NCBI GenBank assembly: GCA_963663405.2 | Contig: CAXXSM010000149.1 | Span: 32,001 to 96,000 of the forward strand | DNA length: 64,000 bases | Source of the DNA: a bacterium | GTDB lineage: Bacteria; Hinthialibacterota; Hinthialibacteria; Hinthialibacterales; Hinthialibacteraceae | Reading direction: 5' to 3' | Part shown: piece by piece, positions 50,162 to 59,904 of the stretch | Numbering within the stretch: the stretch's first letter is position 1 | Layout: every line of letters begins with the position of its first letter | Notes under the pieces: generated by a model | Databases searched by the model: none | The model's input: the letters and a program-made list of their open reading frames with translations, nothing else | Told to the model about the DNA's origin: nothing | Translations under genes and position numbers: made by a program

Positions 50162-50357
50162 AATCGTTTTCTCCTTTTGACATTGGTTGACTGATTATTT
50201 TTTTTTACTTCCACTACCATCGTATCCGGCCTTTGCTGGAACATGCGAGACAATGGCTAATATACAAATCCGGTTAGACATTGAATTACTGCCAAAAAAT
50301 GCTATTAGTAGTCAGTTGTCTAGGATAGAATATCACTTTGTCAGGAGTCGTAAACAG

Positions 50358-51304
50358 ATGGTCATCTCAAAGATTACATCGAATTCACCTTTACCTCAGC
50401 AATGCATTTCTCGCCGTACTCTCCTGAAGAATTCTGCAGCCGCGGCAGTAGTGATAGGGATAGCGGAATCGCCATCAGTGTGTACGGCCACTGAAAAATC
50501 TGAATCTGACACAACCACCCCCCAGTTTCCCTTCGGCAAGGTTATCGACTGTCATGCGCACTTGAATCATCGAAGCCGTTCAACCTGGAAGGAGGATGAC
50601 CGCAAGCTCATTGAGGCGGCGGACAAACTCGGAATCGATCAATTGTGTTGCTCGATCTTAACGCCAATAAGGCCGGCCACCGCTGACGGTTTTCGACAGT
50701 GCAACCAGTGGATGGCTGAAGACATGAAACGGTTCCGGGGCCGGGTGCTCGGGTATTGCTACGTCAATCCCGGTTATGGAAAGGAGGCGTTGGAGGAAAT
50801 CCGCCGCTGCGTGGAAGATCGAGGATTTATTGGTATTAAGCTCTACAACGAATATAACTGCGCTGAACCGGTGGTTTTTCCTATCGTGGAGCTGGCGATT
50901 GAGCTGGGTGTGCCAATCCTACACCACGCATTGCGTTTCCACTATACTTCCCTGAGGACCAACCGCGTTTAACCGATGGTGGACACCTCGCGGAACTGGC
51001 TGGCCGCTATCCCGAAGCTATGCTCATCTGCGCCCACATCTCCGGCGGTGGGGATTGGGAATGGACGGCCAAGGCCCTGCGTCACGCGCCTAACGTTATG
51101 CTTGATATGAGCGGCAGCGCTACAGACTATGGTTCGGTGGATATGGCGGTCGACGTGGCTGGTGTGGAGCGAATTGTGTTTGGCACGGATTCGTCCATGA
51201 CGGCTTGTGTGGGGAAGATTCGCGGAGCAAACCTGAGCCCACAGGACAAAGAGATGATTATGGGAGGGAATATGAAGAGACTCTTGCAAAGGAGGAAATC
51301 ATGA
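50358..51304 (+). CDS. Tat-exported amidohydrolase_2-family protein, frameshift near 50945
   Basis: AGGAG RBS; ISRRTLLK Tat motif; IDCHAH, GIKL and ILHH, then ICAH and FGTD in the second frame. Confidence 0.85.
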
Positions 51305-52074
51305 TCATTGATGTGAATGCTTATCTAGGTCATTTTGCGTTCAGCCGGTTGTGTCACAACACAGCCGCGTCGCTGTTGGCGTTGATGGACACCAAGAAGA
51401 TAGACAAGGCGGTTGTTTCCAGCGCTAGCGCCATTACCTACCGCAACGCGCACGCTGGCAATGAAGAGGTGGCGGAAGAAGTCCGCAGCCATCGTGATCG
51501 ACTGATCCCATTCGCCGTGATAAATCCGTTCTATGCAGGATGGCAAGACGATCTGAAAATCTGTCACGAAGAATTTGGCATGAAGGGCCTGCGCCTTTAT
51601 CCCAACTGGCACAATTATCGGCTCTCCGATTCCTGCTGCCGGGAACTTGTTGACGCAGCGGCGCAGCGCGGCATGATCATCTCTATTCCAATACGTGTGG
51701 AGGATAATCGCGAGCGGAGCTGGCTGCTGAATGTGCTCGATGCGCCGCTGGAGGAGATTGTCGAATTGGTGAAAGCGCATCCGAACGCGCGTTTTATTCT
51801 GCTCAATGGCAGTGGCTATACAAGAAGTCCGCTGGGGCGAGAGAATAACGGCCTGCCGAACAATTATGCTATCGAACTATCCCGTTTGAGCGCTGTTTTG
51901 AGGAACGAGATTGGACAGCTCATCACAACGCTGGGTATGGAGCGGGTAATGTTTGGGACAGGAATGCCATTCAACTATCCGGATCCTGCTTTGGTGAAAC
52001 TCGAGGTGTTGGACATAAGCGAAGCGGATAAAGAAAAAATCCGCTCACAAAATGTGATGAACTGGCTGCGGTAG
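51301..52074 (+). CDS. Amidohydrolase_2-fold protein lacking the metal ligands
   Basis: IIDVNAY, GLRLYP, ILLNG and FGTG. ATGA overlap with the previous gene. Confidence 0.8.
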   Translation: MIIDVNAYLGHFAFSRLCHNTAASLLALMDTKKIDKAVVSSASAITYRNAHAGNEEVAEEVRSHRDRLIPFAVINPFYAGWQDDLKICHEEFGMKGLRLYPNWHNYRLSDSCCRELVDAAAQRGMIISIPIRVEDNRERSWLLNVLDAPLEEIVELVKAHPNARFILLNGSGYTRSPLGRENNGLPNNYAIELSRLSAVLRNEIGQLITTLGMERVMFGTGMPFNYPDPALVKLEVLDISEADKEKIRSQNVMNWLR

Positions 52075-52122
52075 TGACATAGATGAGATCAAACAGTGTA
52101 AGGTAAGGAGGATTCTTCAGTC

Positions 52123-53055
52123 ATGCGATTTATATTGATTGTTTCTCTGATGATGTCGATGTGTGCAGCGGGGCCGGCAGTTGGGGCTGATAAGCCGCTG
52201 GTTGTCGAGATATGGCCTGGGACAGCGCCGGATGAGATCGGCAATATCGGTGAGGAGATGATCCGTATGTCGCCAAAACTGGACCGCAAAAGGGTCGAGG
52301 TCACCGAGTCAACCAGGTTGGTGACCAATGTAACCAAGCCAACCCTTACCATCTATCGGCCGGCAAAAGACAAGGACACAGGGACTGCGGTACTGATCTG
52401 CCCCGGAGGAGGATACTGGGATCTCTATTGGCAACTCGAAGGCGAGGAAGTCGCGCAATGGCTGAACTCGATCGGTGTTACCGGTATTATCCTCAAATAC
52501 CGTGTGCCGCGGCGTCCTGATGAGCCCAAGAGCGAACCTGCCCGGCGCCCGCTTCAGGATGCGCAGCGGGCCGTAAGCCTAGTACGAAGCAAAGCCGGTC
52601 AGTGGGGTATTAATCCAAAACAAATCGGCATAGTAGGATTCTCCGCAGGCGGTCATTTGGCCATTGCGGCGGCGCTGAACTTTGAAAATCGAACTTACGA
52701 GCCTGTCGATGACGTTGACAAAATCAGTTGCCGGCCCGACTTCGCCATAGGGATTTATTCGGGCTTCTTGAAAGCGAAGGATAAAGACCAGATCGCTCCC
52801 GGCCTGCCTATTCCGGCTGGAGCCCCGCCGATCTTTCTCGCACATGGTGGAGACGACATTGTCAGTTCGCCGGAGAACAGCGTATTGATGTACCTAGCCC
52901 TGAAGAAAGCCAACATCCCAGCGGAACTGCACATTTACGCTACAGCCGCTCATGATTTCGGTGTACGCCCGAGTGAAAATCCATGCTCCACATGGATACA
53001 GGCGTGCGCCGCCTGGTTACGTTACCAGGGATTTCTAAAATCCCAGACACAATGA
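52123..53055 (+). CDS. Secreted alpha/beta hydrolase (carbohydrate esterase-like)
   Basis: ICPGGGY, LKYRVP, QDAQRA, GFSAGGHL, HGGDD, HDFG. Confidence 0.9.
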   Translation: MRFILIVSLMMSMCAAGPAVGADKPLVVEIWPGTAPDEIGNIGEEMIRMSPKLDRKRVEVTESTRLVTNVTKPTLTIYRPAKDKDTGTAVLICPGGGYWDLYWQLEGEEVAQWLNSIGVTGIILKYRVPRRPDEPKSEPARRPLQDAQRAVSLVRSKAGQWGINPKQIGIVGFSAGGHLAIAAALNFENRTYEPVDDVDKISCRPDFAIGIYSGFLKAKDKDQIAPGLPIPAGAPPIFLAHGGDDIVSSPENSVLMYLALKKANIPAELHIYATAAHDFGVRPSENPCSTWIQACAAWLRYQGFLKSQTQ

Positions 53056-53235
53056 GTTAGAGGATTCTCTAAATCTGTGATCTCGTCCGATCCTTTTCAT
53101 TCACAATCTGACGTATACTGAAATGAAAAAAATGGATTGGAAATTTTAATAAAGGTCATATTTCCTAGATTAAATGGGTAATCTCGATTAAGATGCATCC
53201 ATAATTTCTAGATCAATAAGGAGAGACAACGAACA

Positions 53236-54102
53236 ATGAATAAAACAGGATCGATGAAACGCAGACATTTTTTAACAGCCATGGGAACGGCTGGTTTGGT
53301 TCAAATGGGTATTTCTTCGCGCGCATATGGCAGTGAATCCACTTCAAAACCAAAAAGCGCGCATGAGTTGAAAATAGGCTTGGCGTCCTATTCAACACGT
53401 AAATTTACACTGGATCAGACCATCGAAATGATGAAAGAACTGGATATTCAGTATGTCACATTAAAAAGTTTTCATTTGGAATTGAATTCTACGACGCAAG
53501 AACGAAAAGCCGTTGCGAAGAAACTTAAAGAGAATGGAATACATCTCATGGGTGGGGGGGTTATATACCTTAAGAATGATGAGGAACAAATTCTGAATGC
53601 GTTTCAATACGCTCGAGACGCTGGGATGCCCGTCATCGTCGGTTCACCTGATATTGACGCTCTGCCCATCGTTGACAAAATGGTGAAAGAATTTGACATC
53701 AAAGTTGCCATCCACAACCATGGACCAGGTGATAGCAAGTACCCCTCTCCTTTGGACGCTTATAAATATGTGAAAGATTATGATAAACGAATTGGACTAT
53801 GTATCGATATTGGTCATTCCGTTCGCTGGGGAGATGATGAGATCGAAGTGATCCACGCGGTGAAAGACCGGTTGTATGATTTTCATATCAAAGATACTAC
53901 CGCACGGAATAAAAATGGATCAACGATTGAACTGGGCCGGGGAATTATCAATATACCAGGCGTCATAAAAGCACTAATGGATATCCAATTTGAGGGTCAC
54001 GTAGCGCTCGAATACGAGAAAGACGCTGACAATCCCTTACCGGGTATGCGAGAATGTTTTGGGTATATCCGGGGTGTTATCGATACATTAAACATGAGTT
54101 AA
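53236..54102 (+). CDS. Tat-exported sugar-phosphate isomerase/epimerase (xylose-isomerase-like TIM barrel)
   Basis: KRRHFL Tat motif; AIHNHGP, CIDIGH, FHIKD, ALEYE. Confidence 0.9.
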   Translation: MNKTGSMKRRHFLTAMGTAGLVQMGISSRAYGSESTSKPKSAHELKIGLASYSTRKFTLDQTIEMMKELDIQYVTLKSFHLELNSTTQERKAVAKKLKENGIHLMGGGVIYLKNDEEQILNAFQYARDAGMPVIVGSPDIDALPIVDKMVKEFDIKVAIHNHGPGDSKYPSPLDAYKYVKDYDKRIGLCIDIGHSVRWGDDEIEVIHAVKDRLYDFHIKDTTARNKNGSTIELGRGIINIPGVIKALMDIQFEGHVALEYEKDADNPLPGMRECFGYIRGVIDTLNMS

Positions 54103-54127
54103 TAGATAAGCCAGTGGAAGTGATCAA

Positions 54128-54258
54128 TTCCTCCCCCAAGAACCAGCGCAAGCGCCGGGCTGTTTGGGGAGTAGGAGGGGGTTGACCCTTCAATGTTCAA
54201 CCCCCTTCTAAATCCTCCCAATAACCGGCGCTCGCGCAGGAGCATTAAGGAGGGGGAA
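54128..54258. repeat. Long intergenic palindrome (REPIN/MITE-like)
   Basis: Nested stems 54172-54185/54197-54210 (14 bp, one G-U) and 54146-54158/54225-54237 (12/13), with C-rich and G-rich ends. Confidence 0.65.
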
Positions 54259-54489
54259 AATAATTTTTTTCATTCCTTTTATTGATAATTATTACTACAT
54301 CACTTTATATGGCTGGTATGATACAAAATGAGTTAATAGGATTTGCGTTTTTGAGTTCAATGAATTTCAATCGTTTCCATATACAATTTCATTGAAAGAA
54401 ACTTAATGATAAGAAATTCAAAAACAACTTTCGACTGAAATTCATTGCTATTCTGGTACATTTTTAAGGTAAATAATGGAGTACTAAAA

Positions 54490-56058
54490 ATGTATAAAAA
54501 ATATATCGTATTACTATTACTCATAGGTTCAACCATGAATGCAAATCCGGGGTTTTCACAAAATAGCAATCTTGGTGATTTTGGCGGGCATAATGATGTC
54601 GGAAAAGTCAAGAGTCCAGGATCCGTACAATATGATCCTTATACTCAAGAATACACGATTCAAGCATCCGGTACGAACATGTGGTTCGATCAGGATGAGT
54701 TTCATTTTATATGGAAACACATGCAAGGTGATTTTATTCTACGCGCAAGAATGAAATTTGTTGGACAAGGTGTTGATGCGCATAGAAAAATGGGTTGGAT
54801 CATTCGTAACTCTCTGGATACTGATTCCGCTCATGTCAACGCATCCATTCATGGTGATGGTTTAACTTCACTGCAATTCCGTAAGTCAAAGGGAGGAGAA
54901 ACAGAAGAAACAAAATTCAAGGTGATCGCGCCGGATATTGTTCAACTAGAGCGGCAAAGCAACACCTATATTATGTCCGTTGCTAAATTCGGTGAACCAT
55001 TCATTTCAAATCATATTACACTTGATTTGAATGATGATGTCTATATCGGATTATACGTTTGTTCTCACAATCCCGATGTATCTGAGAAAGCATTATTCAA
55101 GAATGTTCGATTGATTGTTCCCGCCAAGAAAGACTTTCAACCATATAGAGATTATATCGGTAGCCGGGTAGAGGTGATGGAGATCCAGTCAGGCTATCGT
55201 AAAGTTTTGTATACAAATTCCAAATCTATCCAAGCGCCAAATTGGACGCTTGATGGAAAATCCCTTATCTACAACAGTGAAGGGCTTCTTTATCAATTTG
55301 ATCTCGCAACGAAAATACCTACAGTGATAAATACCGGATTTGCGAATATAATTAATAACGATCATGTTCTATCATTTGACGGTAAATATCTTGGTATTAG
55401 TCATCATACCAGTGATGCGGATGGTCCCTCCATCAGTTATACAATGCCCATGCAAGACGGAAAACTCGAGCGTGTAATTATTGGCCCCTCTATCATTTAT
55501 ACAATGCCCGTACAAGGCGGAAAACTCAAGCGTGTAACTGATATTGGCCCCTCCTATCTTCACGGATGGTCTCCTGATGGGAAACATTTGATCTATACAG
55601 GAAATCGGGATGGGCAATACGATATTTACAGAATTCCTGTTGAAGGTGGTAAAGAGATTCAACTGACAAATACGATTGGGCTTGATGACGGTTCGGAATA
55701 TTCTCCGGATGGTAAATTCATCTATTTTAATTCAAACCGGACTGGCGCTATGCAAATTTGGCGTATGAAACCGGATGGATCTGAACCAACCCAAATCACC
55801 TTTGATGAATATAATGATTGGTTTCCGCATATTTCTCCTAATGGTAAATGGATCGTATTCTTATCATTTCCCAAAGATATAAGATCGGACGATCATCCAT
55901 TTTATAAACATGTGTATCTGCGTTTGATCCCCATTTCGGGAGGAAGACCAAAAATTATCGCTTACATTTACGGAGGGCAAGGGACAATCAACGTACCCAG
56001 CTGGTCACCGGATAGTACACATGTTTCATTCGTTAGCAATACAATGATTGTAGAATAA
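54490..56058 (+). CDS. TolB-like PD40 beta-propeller protein with an N-terminal lectin-like domain
   Basis: APNWT.DGK, WSPDGK, YSPDGK, ISPNGK, GGQGTINVPSWSPD. GGAG precedes the ATG at 54490. Confidence 0.85.
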   Translation: MYKKYIVLLLLIGSTMNANPGFSQNSNLGDFGGHNDVGKVKSPGSVQYDPYTQEYTIQASGTNMWFDQDEFHFIWKHMQGDFILRARMKFVGQGVDAHRKMGWIIRNSLDTDSAHVNASIHGDGLTSLQFRKSKGGETEETKFKVIAPDIVQLERQSNTYIMSVAKFGEPFISNHITLDLNDDVYIGLYVCSHNPDVSEKALFKNVRLIVPAKKDFQPYRDYIGSRVEVMEIQSGYRKVLYTNSKSIQAPNWTLDGKSLIYNSEGLLYQFDLATKIPTVINTGFANIINNDHVLSFDGKYLGISHHTSDADGPSISYTMPMQDGKLERVIIGPSIIYTMPVQGGKLKRVTDIGPSYLHGWSPDGKHLIYTGNRDGQYDIYRIPVEGGKEIQLTNTIGLDDGSEYSPDGKFIYFNSNRTGAMQIWRMKPDGSEPTQITFDEYNDWFPHISPNGKWIVFLSFPKDIRSDDHPFYKHVYLRLIPISGGRPKIIAYIYGGQGTINVPSWSPDSTHVSFVSNTMIVE

Positions 56059-56202
56059 TCAAGAATGAAATTAAAACAATTTGTTGTAAACAACGGTTAG
56101 TATTTGTTGAGAATGTATTCTTATCTTTCATGACACAATCAAGACAATATGGCGCAAAGTCCTATAACATTTAAATAACTTGTTCGGTCCCAGTATTCAA
56201 AG

Positions 56203-57147
56203 ATGAAAAAAAATAACGAGAAATCAAAGCCACACTATACAAGAATAGTCCGCATCATTGCCGTTATTGCTGTTGCTCTTTTTCTCGTTCTTTATGGAGA
56301 TTCGATGAGCTTCTTTAAGAGAATGTTTGGTATTCAAACATCAAAAAGTTTAAGTTCTGCACTAGAGGATATTAATCGCCTGCGGAAGCCTGCGATTCAC
56401 CTGGTACCGTCAGGCAATGAATCTTTATCAAAGCTGGGAGGACTTCCGTTAATATCGACTTCATTTGTATGGCCAATTTGGAACAATCAACCTCTTGCCT
56501 TTCTTGGGCAAATAGACCTATCAAGTGTTCCTCGTAATATCGAACTATCAAAATTGCTTCCCCCTAATGGCCTCCTATATATTTTCTATGACAAAGAACA
56601 AGGGACTTGGGGATTCGATCCAAACGATAAAGGCAGTTGGAAGGTTCTATATGAATCCAATACAACGGATTTAAAAGCGTCCACCTTGCCAGATGGTTTA
56701 AGCAATGAAGACCTGTATCCAGAAAAACACCTTTCTTTTAAGGACATTCTCACCTATCCAGATGGCCTTGATGATGAAATCAATGATCTAAATCTTAGTG
56801 AATCAGATTTTGATAAATATGTAGATCTCCAATCAGAGCCATTTGCTGGCATGCCTACTCATCAGCTATTTGGTCATCCTTTACCTATTCAAAGTAATGA
56901 TATGGACCTTGAAGCCCAACTCGTGTCAAATGGAATCTACTGCGGTGGCCCCGAAGGTTACAACAGTGAAAAAGCAAAAAAACTGGAGAGTGGCCGCAGC
57001 CAATGGATTATGCTTTTACAGATTGATTCTGATGATGATATTGGAATGATGTGGGGGGATGCCGGTAAATTATATTTTTGGATCAAGAAGTCAGATCTTA
57101 TTGAAGGAGTGTTTGATAATGTTTGGATGGTCCTTCAATGTGGATGA
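56203..57147 (+). CDS. YwqG/DUF1963-family protein, probable integron cassette gene
   Basis: SKLGGLP, PLAFLGQIDL, G.LYIFYD, LLQIDSD...MMWGDAG.LYFWI...DL....FD.VW.VLQC. Alternative start at 56305. Followed by an attC site. Confidence 0.88.
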   Translation: MKKNNEKSKPHYTRIVRIIAVIAVALFLVLYGDSMSFFKRMFGIQTSKSLSSALEDINRLRKPAIHLVPSGNESLSKLGGLPLISTSFVWPIWNNQPLAFLGQIDLSSVPRNIELSKLLPPNGLLYIFYDKEQGTWGFDPNDKGSWKVLYESNTTDLKASTLPDGLSNEDLYPEKHLSFKDILTYPDGLDDEINDLNLSESDFDKYVDLQSEPFAGMPTHQLFGHPLPIQSNDMDLEAQLVSNGIYCGGPEGYNSEKAKKLESGRSQWIMLLQIDSDDDIGMMWGDAGKLYFWIKKSDLIEGVFDNVWMVLQCG

Positions 57148-57171
57148 ACTTATATCCTGATAAGTAAATGG

Positions 57172-57233
57172 GCCTAACCAGCCGCTTCTTGGGACCACTC
57201 GAACGCTCGCGGTCCCAGAGCTTATTGTTAGCC
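57172..57233 (+). mobile_element. Integron attC site (solitary)
   Basis: R'' GCCTAAC, 5 nt, GCTTCTTGGGACC ... GGTCCCAGAGC, 5 nt, R' GTTAGCC. The left arm pairs with the right arm leaving two unpaired bases. 62 bp long, 24 bp after the stop codon. Confidence 0.8.
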
Positions 57234-57260
57234 ACGTAGTATCATCTCCAAGGAGATGCT

Positions 57261-58826
57261 GTGGATCTTAGGAATGTCATTGAAAGAGACGCTTGGTCAG
57301 GTAACAAAAGGATACTAGAGATGAACCACAGGCTGGATCTACTTTGTCTAACTCTGTTTCTTGGAATGTCTGCCTCGGTTTGCCATGCGGAAGCGGAGCC
57401 TGTGCAGCCGGCCCATATTGTTTCTCTCAGTCAGGCGCACAAAGGCAATTTGGTGATTGATATCCTTCTCCTGGACAGCTATGGACGCCTGCCGGAAGAG
57501 AGGCGCGCATTCTACCTGAGTGCACGGGAAATCCTCGATGGTTCTCCTGCCGTCACACTCACCGATCCCAAAATCATCGATGCAGCCAAGAAGGCCGGAC
57601 TTCCTTTGATCAGCGGACCGATGCTGGGTGATGTATCGGAGAGAGGCGTCACGGTCTGGTTTCGTCCGGTCCATGCTGAAAGATTGACCGTGCAAGTCAC
57701 TGACATGGAAGGAAATAAAAAGAAGGATTTCCGTGTCGATGGCGCCCGGCCTGGAGCGGCTGTCCGAGTCAGGCTTACCGGTTTGCCAGCAAACACCCAA
57801 CACACCTACCGAATCGTAAACAACACAGGCGATGTTTTGGGCAGCGGATCTTTTCGTACTGCCCCAAGACCGAATACCAATGAGACGATCCGCATCGCCT
57901 TCGGCTCCTGCTTCCATAAGATCGGCGTTCACAACCCGAACTTAATGCGGTTGATTACAAAGCGCGGCAATCAAGCCATGCTTCTTCTTGGTGACATAGC
58001 GGCGGACGATCGGGAGGCCCAAACCAATCTGCATTACGCCGATTACCTTCTGCGGGATGTTTCAAAACCGTGGCGGATGTTTTCAGCCAACATTCCCGTC
58101 TATGCCTGCTGGGACGATCATGACTACCTGAATAATGACAAATCAGGGCTTCAGCATGGTGAGATTACAGACAAGGAGCGAAATACGCTGCGTCAGCTCT
58201 GGCAGGAAAACTGGAACAATCCGAGCACGGTTGAAGAAGACCGCGGGATCTATTTCAACACTGTCATTGGCGATGTTGAAATTATCATGCTCGATACCCG
58301 CTCCTGCCGGAATTGGCGGATACGCGGGCAGCACGATTCCTACCTTGGCGATGCGCAAATGCAATGGCTCCTCAAAACTCTCAAGGCGTCCAACGCCCGG
58401 TTCATCATACTGACTAGCGGTACTATGTGGAGTGATTTCATGTCCAAAGCAAAGGATTCATGGGGCACCTGGGACATTCCGGGGCGTGAGGAGATCTACA
58501 ACTTTATCGAAGAGAACCAGATTAGCGGTGTGTTGCTTCTCAGTGGGGACCGTCACGGCGCGCGCGGTTTCAAAATTGAACGCCCATCCGGTTTTACACT
58601 GTATGAGTTCGAAGCCGCCACCCTCGGCGGCGTCCCCGGACCGGGCCCCTTTGCCCCGGACAAATCGGCGCAGTTGTTCGGATACGGCGGCGGTTTGATC
58701 GCCTTTGGTGAGTTCACCTTCGACATGAGCAAACCTGATCCTGAAGTGACATTCCGCCTAATTAATGAGGAAGAAAAGGAACTCGAGAAGCATACCTTTT
58801 ACTATTCTGAGCTTAAACCTCGATAA
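57261..58826 (+). CDS. phoD: Alkaline phosphatase D (PhoD)-family metallophosphatase
   Basis: IAFGSC, LLLGD, WDDHDY..N, MLDTRS.R, LG.AQ.QW, DSW, LLSGDRH. The likely start is the ATG at 57321. Confidence 0.85.
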   Translation: MDLRNVIERDAWSGNKRILEMNHRLDLLCLTLFLGMSASVCHAEAEPVQPAHIVSLSQAHKGNLVIDILLLDSYGRLPEERRAFYLSAREILDGSPAVTLTDPKIIDAAKKAGLPLISGPMLGDVSERGVTVWFRPVHAERLTVQVTDMEGNKKKDFRVDGARPGAAVRVRLTGLPANTQHTYRIVNNTGDVLGSGSFRTAPRPNTNETIRIAFGSCFHKIGVHNPNLMRLITKRGNQAMLLLGDIAADDREAQTNLHYADYLLRDVSKPWRMFSANIPVYACWDDHDYLNNDKSGLQHGEITDKERNTLRQLWQENWNNPSTVEEDRGIYFNTVIGDVEIIMLDTRSCRNWRIRGQHDSYLGDAQMQWLLKTLKASNARFIILTSGTMWSDFMSKAKDSWGTWDIPGREEIYNFIEENQISGVLLLSGDRHGARGFKIERPSGFTLYEFEAATLGGVPGPGPFAPDKSAQLFGYGGGLIAFGEFTFDMSKPDPEVTFRLINEEEKELEKHTFYYSELKPR

Positions 58827-59010
58827 GAGAAAAGAAAATGACTTACCTGAAATTAAGCTCATTACACTGCATCGCGATAATAATATCAAAACCTGCCACT
58901 GAGACGCTCGCGAGTTTTAATCTCACCTGAAATTCGGCTGATTTCATCACTGGGATCTATGATGTGGTTGTTCAGTTGGGAACTGGCTGCGTAGCGCGGA
59001 GCACGATATA

Positions 59011-59868
59011 CTACAAAGAGCATTCCGTTACTGGATATCCACATATTCCTGGACGGCAGACAAATAGACTGCCGGCTAAAGGATAGATATCAACATCTTC
59101 CTGGATAGATGCGGTTGTAATGTAAAGATGGTCATAGTTTTTCCCCCCAAACCAACAAGCGGTTGTTTTGGGGACAGGCAAAGTAATTTTTTCCAATGAT
59201 TGGCCTGTGTCTGGATCAATGCAATGTACACAGGAACCATTAAAAACAGCGACCCAGAGATGTCCCTGCCGGTCGATCGTCATTCCGTCCGGGACACCTG
59301 GTTCTCCCTCAGGCAGACGGGCGATTTGCCGGCGGTGGCTAATCGCCGCCAAATCTGGATCCCAATCAAACGCGTCGATGGCGCCGGCAGGAGAGTCGAT
59401 ATAATAAAAAAGCCCTTTGTTTTCATCCCAACACAAACCATTCGATACTCGTATTCCTGTTAACATTTCAGTGACTTCAAAACTGGAATCAATTCGATAT
59501 AAACTTGCTATGGGTTTGTCTCGGCCGATCGTTCCTACCCATAGCCGTCCTTGCGGATCGCATTTTCCATCATTAAAACGATTGACAATGGGCCTATTCG
59601 AGGGCCAAGGAAGTGGTTCAGTTACTTCAGTCATAGGATCAAAAACGCAAAGCCCAGTTTCTTGAGCAAGAATAAAGCCACCTTTGGCTCGAGGGACGAC
59701 TGTCCCCGTCTTTTCATGCAAAATGAATGATTGCTTATTATCGATTTCTGGTGTGTAGATGTGCAATCGTGGAGCGTTGATATCAAGCCAATACAAACTC
59801 TTTTTCCACCAAATCGGCCCCTCGCCCAATTCGGATCGGATATTCCACACAAGTTCTGCTTGAATCAC
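59011..59868 (-). CDS. SMP-30/gluconolactonase family sugar lactonase
   Basis: LGEGPIW, RFNDGKCDP.GRLW.GT, SNGL.W, PDGMTID..G.LWVA, FGG. Confidence 0.93.
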   Translation of the reverse strand: MIQAELVWNIRSELGEGPIWWKKSLYWLDINAPRLHIYTPEIDNKQSFILHEKTGTVVPRAKGGFILAQETGLCVFDPMTEVTEPLPWPSNRPIVNRFNDGKCDPQGRLWVGTIGRDKPIASLYRIDSSFEVTEMLTGIRVSNGLCWDENKGLFYYIDSPAGAIDAFDWDPDLAAISHRRQIARLPEGEPGVPDGMTIDRQGHLWVAVFNGSCVHCIDPDTGQSLEKITLPVPKTTACWFGGKNYDHLYITTASIQEDVDIYPLAGSLFVCRPGICGYPVTECSL

Positions 59869-59904
59869 TATTCCAAGTTCCTTTCGATTTATTAAACTAT
59901 AGTT

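Noticed and set aside
56085-56190. Second attC upstream of the YwqG gene
   Set aside because: AAC...GTT ends are present, but the arms pair too poorly to call.
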